This document shows positions 25,370 to 37,922 of a DNA stretch of 64,000 nt, piece by piece. The notes beneath the pieces are model-generated. The model saw nothing but the letters and a program-made list of their open reading frames with translations. It ran no database searches and had not been told where the DNA came from. The position numbers and the translations under genes are program-made. Source of the stretch: Azolla caroliniana (Eukaryota; Plantae; Polypodiophyta); assembly GCA_043228905.1 (NCBI GenBank), contig JBHGNT010000011.1, forward strand, positions 3,720,001 through 3,784,000. The letters run 5' to 3'. Position 1 is the stretch's first letter. Every line of letters starts with the position of its first letter.

Positions 25370-25937
25370 GGCTAACAAACAACGTGACAATGCCCATTGG
25401 GAAAAGTTGGGGACAAGATCTTGGTGTTGGCTCGAGAGGATTTGATGAACCAAGTAGAAGGTCGGGCACTACGAAGGAAACCAAGTTCTGTAGTATGCCA
25501 ATTTCTTGTGGAAGAAGTGTTCTACAAGTACAGGTCCGTGGGTCAAGTGATTGCGGATCGGGGAGAACTTAACTTTGATGAAGCTAAGTAACTATCTGCC
25601 AAATACAGAGTACAGTTGACACTAACCATAACATACAATCTAGAAGCCAAAGGGAAGATCTAGCGTGGACATAGTCCAATCGTAAAAGCACTGGCAAAAG
25701 CATGTGACAGAAGGGTGAAGCTTTGGCCACGGATGCTTCCATATGCACTATGGGCGGATTGCACAACATGCAGTTCCGTGACCGGTTGCATGCCAGCAGA
25801 ACTTATGACCGGGTAAACTCCGGCAATGCCTATAGAAACCGCAAGTGTGACAAGGACAGTGCTACTATGCAAGGAAAAGAGGAGCTGGGAAGAACTACAA
25901 GCGGTCTAGATAGGACAGCTAAAAGGAAGGTCAGAAG
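25370..25937 (+). pseudogene. Ty3/Gypsy integrase core fragment
   Basis: LVLAREDLMNQVEGRALR...IADRGEL...; ALWADCTTCSSVTGCMPAELM. Confidence 0.75.
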
Positions 25938-28900
25938 TGTTATGTACACATAACGTAGGTGAGGGTAGGTCACTAATATTTACAGAAGTGAAGGGTATGT
26001 TCACTAATGTTAAAAAGGGGACTAATGTGATTGGATAGAAGGAATGATAGGTGCATGCACTATCATGATTTGGACAACCAATGAATGGATAGCCTTTTAG
26101 AAAGGGACATCTATTCAAGGGGCCCAGGAAAATGTATAAATATGAGGCTTAGCTACTCTCATAAGGACATTAAGTTGGAAGGTTGTTTTCTTAGACACCG
26201 GTAGTGTGGGCTTGACGATCGTGTAATCTCTTCCAAGGTATTGTTGGCTATGTCTAGATCATAGCTCGGGGGTGGTCGAGTGGAACGGGTTTTTCTATCC
26301 GATCTATTTTCCTTCTTTCACTTTATTTTGGTTACGTTTCTTTTCTTTTCTGTCTTCTTTCTACCATGATACGATGTTAATCTACTTATGCATCGGGTCA
26401 AGCATGTTTGCACTAATCGCACATGCTCAACTCATGGCCGTTTTGCATATTGTGATGTATCTCTCACTCTCCCTTCTCTTGAGCCATCTCTTACGGTAAT
26501 AATTATTCTTGTGCATCGGGTCGAGCGTGTTTCTAATCCCATGCGCTCACCTCATGGGCCTTTTACATTTGATGTTGAGTATGGCACCCTTCCCTTTATT
26601 GAGCCATCACTTTATTCTCTATTGAGCCATCATTTGGCCGATTCTAGGGATATGTGGTGGTCTTGAGGAGGTGCATGTCGACTATCTTAAGGCATGCTTA
26701 ATGTTCCATACACCTAATTGATTATTATTCTAATTAATTTCTAATTATACAAATTGTCGTTTCACTTTTCAAATTGGTATGATTTTCTTATAATTTTCAT
26801 TTACCCACCACAATTAACTCTCTTTTTTCCCTTGTTTTTCATGTTTAAAGTATTTACGTGCATTTACATATGATGTCACGCTTCCGTGTAGACTATTTTT
26901 TCGTATGGACTAGGCATCATGCCGCTTTTTGAACAATTTTTTACAATGTGTCATCTAGGTTTAACTCATATTATTGAGCCTTAGAACTCAAGTGAAACCA
27001 CGTGAGTTTCCCTATTGATGTTTTACTCATAACTTTGAGTACTACATCTTTGCGCACAATACCACCACAATTTGTATCAACTTGTGGCTTATGTCACAAT
27101 TGAGCAAATTACAACCATCATAGTGGGATGTATATGTGCATACCTCGCACCATCCATTTATTTGTGACATTGTTTTTGTTTTTAGTAGGTAGCACATGGG
27201 GGTTTTTTTACCCTTGTTTTCGTCACTACTTAACTCTTATGGGTAGTGCCTTATTTTATCTTAACATTTGCTTGTTACTAGCAAGACTAGAATATTACTT
27301 GCGAGTGCACTTGTTTTTTCACGTAATACACTTTCTCGACCATATCAATCCATGTTGGGTTGACATTCTAATATAAGGTCAACTAAGAAACTACATTGAT
27401 GTTAGAACCATGGTTGAGCCTAGGGCAGCCACCATGATTATTAAAGATAGAGATCCGAGAAAGACATCTTAGCTATGTTTTGCCCCATGGTTTTCAAAAC
27501 ACCATAGTGTTACCATAGTTATCGGATCTTGAATCACATCTCATATGTCTAGAGGGGTAACGACATGAGATGCTTTCTTGGTAAAGTTCTTCCAATCAAA
27601 ATTTCAAGCATTCATTTTTCTCGTGTATTTTGTGAACCTCCTTATTTATATTGCATACCCACAACTTGCATCATGGAACAAGTTTTGAACATTGTTGGAG
27701 CAATCTCTCTGACCGAGACCTCTCAACTCCAATCCGCATCTCACACACAAGCTAAGATCACTATTGAGCAATTGCTCACTACTACCTTGAATCAATTGGC
27801 CGAAATGAGGCCGGCCAATATGGCATTGGAAAATAAATTCCAAGTATTGACTATTGAGTCCAGGAAAGAAGGTGAACCTTCTATCGTAGTCACGCCATTC
27901 AAGGGAGACAAGAAAGAAAGAGTCGGGGAGGCCATTAGCACTTGGGTTGGTCATTGGGAGTCTCATTTTGAGCTCCACCCCAAGCCCGATGCTATAAAAA
28001 TTGGTTATGTCGGTCGTGAGTTAGGTGGTCGAGTTGTTGCTTGGTGGAGTGGCCTAAGGACTGCAAAGAACTTACCCACAACTTGGGAAGGTTTCGTTGA
28101 TGTTTTTAAGAAATAGTTCTTGCAGCCACCTTCTCAAACCAAACAAGTGCAACACTTGCTCACATTGTCGAGTAAGCCATTTACCTCTTTCGAGGATTAT
28201 GTGCATCATGCTCGGACCCAGATCCAAAAATTGGGACTTACGGGTGAGAAATGTTTGGTCGCTTATTTTTTGAATGGTATTCCCAATGGGGATTTCCATT
28301 GGATTTTTCATGACAAGGACCCCACAACTTTCAAGGAAATTGTCAACATAAGGACCCCAATGGTGACTCCAAGTTATCGAACCCCTTTTGTGCATATTGT
28401 AAGAAGTGAGGCCATACAAAGGATATTTGTAAATTGCTTGAGAGGAAATCAATGAACAGCCCTCCTCAAGATAAATGTACGAGTCACACAGGTGAGTCTA
28501 TGCATGTTATAGAAGTTCATAACAACCACTTAAGTTCATGTGAATGTAGTTTTCCTTCACATTTACTTGGACCTAATGATTTACTCTGAGCAGTCAAGTA
28601 TATCAATGGAACACAAGCACATTTCTTGTTTTATTCCGGTAGTTCTCACAATTTTCTTAATGATCACTTTGTGCAGCAAGAAAACTCCACATAAACGAAA
28701 TTGATCATATCTACCCAGTTCACATGGCAAATGGAAGTGTTCATTACATCAATGGCATTGTTTGTCAACTGCCAATTCAAATAGATACCTATTTGGAGAA
28801 GCTTGGCTTTCATGTTATGAAACTACAATCTGTAGATGTCATTTTAGGATACCCTTGGTTTTTTAGTAAAAGCCTTTCTTTGTCCATTGATTGGGTTAAT

Positions 28901-29720
28901 CACTCAATCACATTTGAACGTAATAATTGTAAACATATTATTCAATGTTCTAAACTTCCTTCTCATTCACTTGTGTCTTCTAAATCTTTAAATGAGTATT
29001 CTAGTTCATTAACTTATTTGTGTGTAATTGATCTTGCGTTTCAATTTTATTATTTTAATATTGAAGCCACAAAATTACCACATTATGAACACCAATTACT
29101 CAACTCTATTTTAGACGATTTTCAAGATGTGTTTCCTAACAAATTGCCGCTAAGCCTTACTTTACCACCAAAATGTAATGTGGATCATCAAATTGAACTC
29201 ATCCCCAGTGTTGCTCCTGTGAGCATTCCACCTTATCGACTTAGTCGATTAGAAGAGGATGAGATCGCTAAACAACATAAGGAATATTTAAGTACATGGG
29301 CCACATTAGGTATAGTAAATCACCTTGGAGTGCGCCAATTCTATTAGTTAAGAAGAAGGAAGGTTCATGGTGAATGTGTATCAATTATCACCGTTTGAAT
29401 AAAATGACAATTAAAAATGCATATCCGTTACCTCGTGCCGATGGTTTGATTGATCGTTTGCATGGGGCCCGATATTTTACGAAAATTGACTTACGAACAA
29501 GTTATCATCAAATTTGTATTGCCGAGGATGATATTCCTAAAACCACTTTTCGTACGCACTATGGCCATTATGAGTTTTTAGTCATGCCTTTTGGGTTGAC
29601 TAATGCTCCAGCCACATTCTAACAAGCGATGAATGACATTTTCCGAGATCAAGTCAGTGATTTTGTTGTCGTCTTCTTGGATGATATTTTGATATATATA
29701 TATATATATATATAGTCGTA
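25938..29720 (+). mobile_element. 5' part of a decayed chromovirus-like Ty3/Gypsy element (LTR-like region, gag, protease, RT)
   Basis: TG start with a TATA box near 26135. Gag 27673-28455 (WVGHWE...AWW); protease remnant about 28610-28900; [10 protein letters not shown]...[10 protein letters not shown]...[13 protein letters not shown]...FLDDIL. LTR 3' end not resolved. Confidence 0.75.
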
Positions 29721-32700
29721 CCTTCTCTTTCAAACCGTGCTCTTGACAACATATCGGCCATAGTATTGTCTTTCCTGGAGATGTGTCATATCTCCGAATT
29801 AAGGCGCTTTATGTATGTGATCCACCTGAGCATTGCCAGGTCCGGAGTCGTGCATCCGGAAACAATACCGAGAATCGGTAGGTAGTCCATCTCGATTATA
29901 ACCTTTGCCCCAATCAAAAAATCCTTGTCGGCCTTAAACACCGAAACGATACCCCACAGTTCATGCTTAACTTGGGCATATCCTCACTACTACTCACTTA
30001 ACACCCTCACACTGAATCGGATGGCGAACCACGTTCCAACTTCATCCTCCTTGTTTATAACCCATCCCATTTCAATTGGACTTGTGTCCACCGTAACATA
30101 AATTGGAGAGTCCTTTCTTATACACTGCTATCTGGAGAGCCGATGCCGCCAACATCGCCTTTAGTCTCCGAATTGCCTCCGAGTGTTGTTCACTGCATTC
30201 GAATTTCTGACCTTTCTTCAACAATTTGTAGAGTGTCTCTACGATATGCACGTAATGGGGAATCCAAATATGGTAGAAGGCGCACGCTCCCAAGAACCGT
30301 CGGACCTCCGTGACTGACCTGCACTCTTCCGTCATCGTCGAGACGGTTACTGGCCGTATGGTCCGCATAGATGTCAACCACTAAGATTTCGGATTGTCCA
30401 AACATTGACTTCTTACTGGAGAAGGTAAGTAGAGCGCCCTCAAGCCTTTGCAGTATCTTCTCGTAATCGAAAATGTGATCCGCAACAAATTTCCAACACC
30501 CGTCCATTCTAACCGATTCTTCCTTCACGTCCTCCGGACATCCCTTGATCAGGATGTCATCCAGAAATGGCATGGTGATGGCCGAGATGCAGTCCCTCAG
30601 AACCTTGTTCATCGCATTCACAATGTTCCCCTTAATTTGTTCCTCCTTGCGGCAACGTACACATCTGAACTAAGTCGAAAGGGGTTTGTATCGTCATGAT
30701 GTCCCTGCTTTTGACGGCTAGTTGGAACTAGTCATACCTGGAGTATAAGTTGCCAACCGAGTAGATAGACCTCCTGACGAAGGCCTCTACGAACTTTTCG
30801 ATTGTCGGCCCGAGCCCTACATTCCGAATGGTCACCTTGTTGACCAGTTGAAGGTCCTGGATAAAGCACAGTGTGTCGTTCCACTTCGGCATGGTGAACC
30901 ACTGATTTGAATATGGGGCACTTGACGGCTCAAGAATCCCCATGTCGACCTTTTCCTTCATCAGCTCCATCAACTTCGGGATGTACGCTCCCGACACCGG
31001 AATAGGTTTGAGATTCCAGGTACATGTGGTACCGTGAAGATCACCATCGGCTCCACAACTTATGGGTTGACGAACCCAATCTCCTCCGATGAGAATGCAA
31101 AGGCTTTCTAGTGCCTTTCGAGCATCCTCTGAAACTAGTCCTCCTCCACTTGTAGTAAAATGCCACCCCCACCAATCTTCAACTTCTATAGTGTTTCATC
31201 AGTGAACCAGTGTCCTATGCCGGCTAGATCTCGTAGAGTTGGGTCGGTCACGACCCCTTTGATCCTCTCCTAGCTATCCTCCGGTAAGGGTGTCACGACT
31301 GCCCTCTCCTTCCGGTCAACAGTCTTGTACTTGGTGTTGACTTGGGCAGTCCGATCCGATGCGACCATCCTTCCGAAGTCCGCGATGACTTCATACATTT
31401 CGAATGAATTTACTGGAATGACCCGGTCTTCGCTTAGATCTCCTAAGTCCACCTCCCCGATCTTCCTGAGGGTGTCGTAGAATGAGACTACCTCCACAGT
31501 GCCAGTGATCTCGTCGTTGGGGTCCAAGGCTCTGTAGGCCTTCAAGCCCCTCTAGATCCGCCTTTTCTCCTGGCCAATGATGGCTGTTATGGTACAAACT
31601 CCGCTGTTAGAGAACCAAAATTTCCTACTTGATGTAGAAATCCATGGAAATCAAGTTGATTTTAGATCCATGGTCGATCAGTGCCACTACTAGCTCCCTC
31701 ACGTCACCGATCTGGACCGGTGTCTCCGTCATGACCCTCGCCCAATGTGGCTTCATGTAGTGGTTGTCGGCGTATTTGGTTTCTATCGCCACTTCATCAA
31801 TGTGCACAGCCTTTACTTCGACCGGCCTCTTGTTCCCCGACTCTGATGGGAGTCGCTTCCTCTTCACGAGGTAGATGATAGAATCATGGAACTCTTTCCT
31901 TGCTATCCCTAGAACCTCCCTCAGGGTGAGTTCCACCCAAATGTCGAGGATTCGTTCCTCGAAGACCTTCCGTAGGTCCGCACTCTCTCTATCTCCAAGC
32001 TCTGCCAAAAGGTCGGGAACTTAGCCGTTTCCTATGAACAGGTTGGGCCTCCGACATTTTTCTTCAGACCACTTTGGGTTTCATACCATTTCGAAGGTTC
32101 AGCTCATCGGCCTTCGTGGCCCGCTTGTCTTCAACCAAAACCTCATAGTTTTGGCACTACGTTGCTTTTGAGTGCGTCGGCGAAGTCGTCGTAGTCTCTC
32201 CTAATGTGGCTGACATCATCGCACCACATGCATCTCTAGTCTATTGGTGGGCTCCGATCGCGCGATTGGCTATCGCCTTCCCTCGGGGGCTGAGCAATCT
32301 GGAGGGTACCATCTTCGTTAGCTCCTCCAGAGCTGCGTCCCTAGGTGGCCCCTTTACCACGTCAGTCGGAATCTCCTCGGATTTCTTGTTTCTTCTAACC
32401 AAGTCAAAATCTCCTCCGACTTGTTCCCAATAGTTTGGCCAACCGTCGATGACCCCGCATCGTTCCATTCTCGCCGCATGTCGAAACGACTACAAATTCT
32501 TTTGACCATGGCCTAGTCGGTCGTGAGCCCTTCATCCGTCTCCAAGAGGAGACTCACCTTCTCCTGATCAAGTGCGTTGACCGACCTGATAAATAGCAAG
32601 ACCTTGCTCGTATCTAGCATGGTCCGGTCCAATGCTAAAAAGTGCACGAATCGTTTTTTGAACTCCTGGAGGAGCACTGAGTTATTCCTCCCTTTTCCGG

Positions 32701-33952
32701 GGCTCTTGACCCATTTCATGAACTCTTGTTTCGATAACCGGAACGAATCATCGAAACCATACCTTTCGAGGAGCCGTCCCTCGAACTCCGACCAATTTCG
32801 GGAGTCGTGTTGGATCTCAAGCACCTCCACGTGGATGCTCGGTGTCACTACTCCTGGGAATTGGGACAACCGCCTATCCTCCGGAATGTCCCGCATCAGC
32901 ATTTCGGCCTTATAGGCCTCCAAGTAGCTCGTTGCGACTTTAGCATTAAATCGGCATGTCGTTTTGATGGCCACCCGTGTTTTCCCAAGCATTCACCAGG
33001 CGGTCGACAACAACCACCATTACTTTAGCAAGTTCTCTTCCACTCATTTCAACCTCCTTTGCCGCCCCTTTTCCCATCCGGTTCACCAAATATGTCGCGG
33101 ATTTCCGCGTGGATGTGTTGAAACGGGCCAGGACCATCGGGGTCTCGAATCAAGGAGCCGGTGAGGGAAGAAAGATTATCCGGATCGGTTCCAGATAACT
33201 TCACCGAATGGCGATCTGGACACGTATCCGATCCGGACCAGTCTCCAGATGTCGGAGGAAGAGCACACGGGCTCAGATGCATTCTTGGTTCCGGAGCTCC
33301 GCGGGATAATGAACAAGGAGCTCACAGGCTCACACACTTAAGTACGCCCATGTAAGCGAGAGAGAATGGAGATAAGAACACGGGAAGAGGCAAGACAGAC
33401 AGAAATCCGGAATACAGCGAGGTAGTCTATTAATCTACAATGTGAGAATTACAATCGAACTCAACCGGCAACAGAGCTTCGAGCTCCCCACACTCACACA
33501 CACAGACGCTAGTGAGCCTCTAATCGGGAGCACACGGGCTACCAGAACAAAACGGAATCCTCACAGCAAAATGATACAAACTAGAGAAAAGAAAATGAAA
33601 AATCTCCAGACCTCGGTCTGGCAGCACTTCGTTCTCCAAAATCGTGGATACCTTTCACAGTTCAAAGCCTCCCTTTTTATAGCACAAGGGGAGACCGTTA
33701 AATCATGCTTAATGACATTTGTTTTATGTCCCCCAATTCTCCCCTAGATTTCCGCCCATCAATCCCTATTATTCCTCTCTTATTCATGTGGGACATAAAG
33801 TACCAATTAACTACTCTACCTAGTACTTTAAATACCCTATGCTATGTACAATGTGTTATGTACATCTAAGCCTAGTTCGTGTGCATCCCTTCACATCCCC
33901 ATTCTCACACTTCCGGCTTCCTTTTCTCCTATGGCCAGAATCCTTCACAACA
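29720..33952 (-). mobile_element. Ty3/Gypsy element H (DHG-protease family), 3' truncated
   Basis: LTR about 33250-33952 (minus start TGTTGTGAAGGA). Gag 32513-32992; protease LIDHGSKIN (31625-32008); RT SIYSVGNLYSRYD and PFLDD; RNase H remnant 29750-30200. Confidence 0.8.
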
Positions 33953-34400
33953 CCGCGATGTTTTCCCAAGGACAAAGGTCGAATCGGAGATTGACATGTG
34001 GCACAAGCAGTTTGGCCACATCAATTTCCTAAAGCTTCAAGAGATGTAGTTCAAACAAATTGTTTTTAGCTTGCTGAAATTTTGCGGTCGGAAGGGCCAA
34101 TTATGTGAAGCCTACCAACTTGGGAAACAAGACCGGCTTCCATTCCCCAATGAACGCAATCAGAGCCCTAAAAACCTCGATTTGATCCATTCACTTGTTT
34201 GGGGACTGGCACAAAATGTGAGCATCAAAGGGAGCCAATATTTCGTCACCTTCACTAATGAGTTCACTCGGCATACTTGGACATGCTTGACTGAGAAGAG
34301 GACAAAAGTCTTCTCCTACTTCCTCAGGGTAAAAATTTAGCAAGAAACTTGAAAAAGTACTTTTCCGACCAGTTCTCAAATTTTCTACAGATACACGCCA
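33953..34400 (+). pseudogene. A-family Copia pre-integrase/integrase fragment
   Basis: AMFSQGQ...IDMWHK...LDLIHSLVWG, homologous to A 2237-2750. Confidence 0.8.
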
Positions 34401-34410
34401 TAGCAGAACG

Positions 34411-36356
34411 GTGTGGTGAAGAATTCCACCGATAGCGAGAAAATATATCGTGTGGAGAACAAAACGGGAGTGTGCACATGTGCACACCAAAAAGGGAATT
34501 TGTATATAAAGATTAGGTAAAGTAAAGTATTGTTAAAGAAGTACAATAGGAATATTTTTATATGTGCTTATTGTCCCTCAAAAAGAGGGGAATTATGGGT
34601 AGGTGAGGGGAGGAGATCGTGGGGGGAAGATCTCTAACAAGAAAACGGTTATCATAATAGTTGGATGTGATGTCGACCCTCCCTCTCCTTGAAAGCTATA
34701 AAAGGGAGGGAAGGTGTTTGTGATGGGGGTCATTGTTTTTGGGATTTGGAGGGAAGGAAGGGTCTTTGTTTTCTATTTGAATTCTTTGTCATGATCCACG
34801 TGAGGCCTCCCTCGGAGCAGTGCGCCCGTGTGCTTCTGACTGGAGGCTCACCATTGTGTATCTGTAGCATTGTGTTTATCTACCGGCCTTGAGCCATTCT
34901 TATCTCATTTGTTCCTCTCCCTCTCTTGCTCACAAATCCTTTGGAGTACACCTGGAGGCCTACGCAGACAAATGGGGCATCGACGCGCTCTCTGCAGGCC
35001 TTTTGTGGCCAATTGGGCCATGGTTAAAAGTGTCTACAACCATTTTGACAAACAACGAGACTGGAATGAGCAAGGATCATCGCCTGAGCTAGTTGTCAAT
35101 GGCGGAAGAACCGTGGATGTGTAGACTCGATCTAAAGAGGCGAGAAGTAGGGCCGACACAGGTCGGATAGCATCGGCTAATGTTGCGGCGGACCGTCCAA
35201 AGGGGTGGCATTGGAAGAGATCACGAAGATGGTGCGTGATCTCTAGATTTCCCAGGCCTTAAGGGATGGCAGGGGTCCTCTATGTAACCAACGGCCGCCA
35301 TACGTCTAGCGATACATGTGGTGCGACAGTAGCGACCACATTTGGAAGGACTGCACCAACTTTGCAGAGGTATTGAGGAACAATGTGGTGTACCTTTGGA
35401 ACAGTTGGATGCATGCAAGTGAAACTCGAAGGCCCTTGGAGATGAATACCGGATGGGGCAGGATGAAGAGGATAATGGAGGAAGCAATGGCACGGCATGT
35501 CGAAGTTGTCCACTACTCGGCATGGGCCGATATCCAGGTAGGAGGAGAGGAGAACACCAACACAGGAAATTACAATGGAGTCTAGTTGATTCTACTTGAA
35601 GGCTTCTCTGGAAAGACGCTAAAGAAGGAAGAGGGAAACCACGCAAAGAGGCAGATCTGAGAGGGTACCGAATGGGACGATCTAGTGCAGGAGAAGTTGA
35701 GCTTCGTGGAAGCTGCATGCCAAAATAGGTGGTTCTAGTGGATGAGAAGTATGCCAAAAAGGCTGGAGGAGTAGGCCCCTTGGGGGGATGTATGATACCC
35801 GGTGTGGGCTAAAGAGTGGCGATGGTGGTCCGCGCGACCTACAAGGGAAAGGAAAGATGAAGTTCCCAAGCTTTCGGCTAAGCTCGGAGATAGAGCAATG
35901 GAAGGACTTCTGGAAAGTCTTGGAGGAACGTATCCTTGATATTCGTGGAATTCACACTTAAAGTGTTGGGCATTGCAAAGAAGGAATTCCACGACATGGT
36001 CATTGACCTCGTGAAGAGGAAGTGGCTCTCGACAAAGCAAGCGAATATGAAATCCATCGATATCAACATTGTTCTAAGTCGATAGAGTAGAAAACCAAGA
36101 GGGAATTATTCTGATCTACTCCTAATCGTGATGCAAGGATAGCAAGGATGAAGAACGAGTGGTGCTCCTTCTTAGTTGTAGTGTGCATGGTAGGAACAGA
36201 GGGCGAGCAACAAAAGGATTCAATAGAAAACTCTCAATATAGCAAGAGGGTGGAGGTTACATCAGAGAGGAAGAGGTAGTGAATCTCTACAATAGAGAAA
36301 AGGGGGAAAAAACCACAGAGAGGAAGCAAACTCTCACTCACTCGGTCACGGTCACT

Positions 36357-36413
<57 letters not shown>

Positions 36414-36900
36414 CCACACTACTAAGTGGAAGACCAGTTTTGGCCTTTTCACACTTAGCATGTATCGGGGGTACATGTATAACAAGCATGGTGGCAATCG
36501 ATGAGGTGGCGGGGGAGGAAAATTCGGACAGCCACTATACAAGGTTGCATTGGGCAAGAGCAACGACGGAAACGCCAGTCCGTATAGGGGGCGTAAAGGA
36601 ACCGGTGGTAGCGTTGATTGACCATGGGTCGGAGATCAACCTAATGTCAATGGACTTCTACAACAAGGGGAAGTGGCCAATCAACACCAATCACATATAG
36701 AGGATACGTGTGGTGACTCGCACTACGGAGGAACTGCATGGAGCATGCCCGAACAGCCTGGTGAAGGTTGGGGACATCGAGATCTACCATCACTTCTTTG
36801 TCCCGGAGGCATCCTCCAATCTAGTAATATTAGGTGAACCATACATTAGCACGGCCTAGATGGAGACAAAAGTACTGGACAATGGTTCGACCTACGCGAG
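34411..36900 (+). mobile_element. Second DHG-family Gypsy copy (LTR plus partly deleted gag and protease)
   Basis: LTR start TGTGGTGAAGAATTC with TATA near 34697. Gag WAMVKSVYNHFDKQRDW, knuckle-like WCDSSDHIWKDC, protease LIDHGSEIN. Confidence 0.7.
36070..36484. mobile_element. Probable solo LTR (415 bp) containing (CT)n
   Basis: TGTT...AACA ends; imperfect 5-bp TSD AACAT/AGCAT; interrupts Gypsy coding sequence that is continuous in element H. Confidence 0.6.
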
Positions 36901-37922
36901 GATAAATTTCGGACTAGATCTTAGTCACAAACACATTGGTATTCCATACCGGAATACAATCCAAGGGTGTGGTCAGAGGTATGATAATAATCCTTCAATC
37001 CCACCGAACATTCATACAAGCGTAAGATAGAACAATTTAGTGCACAAGAAGGCCAGTACACAAATCTTCCAATTATATTATATTACTTGTGGTCTCAATC
37101 AATACAATCCTAACTCCTTATATAGGTAGCCGGTTCTGATACAAAACGGTGTTCATCCGGATCGGTACATCTTTCTAGATCCGACACCTCTTAAAATAAT
37201 ATCTCTTCATATCTACTAATATTCCAAAATTATCCTAATTCGCCGGTTTTCGTATTCACAGTCTTTCCAGACTGTCTTCCAGATTTACAATACTTCAGCT
37301 CTACTTCTCTATGCAACACATGGCATGCCCGTGGGAAAGTGCCTTGCACATCGAACCCACATGCCCATAGCTCTCCTCCAATATCTCCAGAATATCTGGT
37401 TGTCCATCCTCTGTCCCATCCTATTGGGTTTCTGCCTGTTGTTGTAGTGGACTTCCGTTGTTCGTGGCAGTTCCTCATCTTCAACCATTTGTTGCCTCGG
37501 TGCTTGATCCACCACCTGCTCTACGCCTGTTTCTCTTGTTCCTCTTCCTCTGTGTGCATCTATTCGACTCCAGCTCCGGTCGCTCTTCATCATTAATATT
37601 TATCCGTTCAGCTTGGTTGTCTATGATCTGCCATTCTACCAATTGAACTCTCTCCTGGTCTTAAGTCTCCAACTCCAATGTCAACTGCAGTTGATCATCC
37701 TCAAACTCTTCTAACACTTTTAGTATTTCATCGGTTTGAACCTGAGCCATAGCTTGAAAAGCTTTTGATAATTCCTCCCGTATTCGAATTGTACTTTCTT
37801 CATCCATCTTCTAAAAATGATCTCCGGTCTTTACCCTGTTCTTTACATCCACATGGAATACTTGCAGTTCTGCTGCTTGCCCCGATTATTACTTCCATAT
37901 TGCAGCAGAACTATTAGAGACA

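Noticed and set aside
36900-37920. Possible host gene or separate element
   Set aside because: Only short broken coiled-coil-like frames and a TATA-like site; ends and identity could not be defined.
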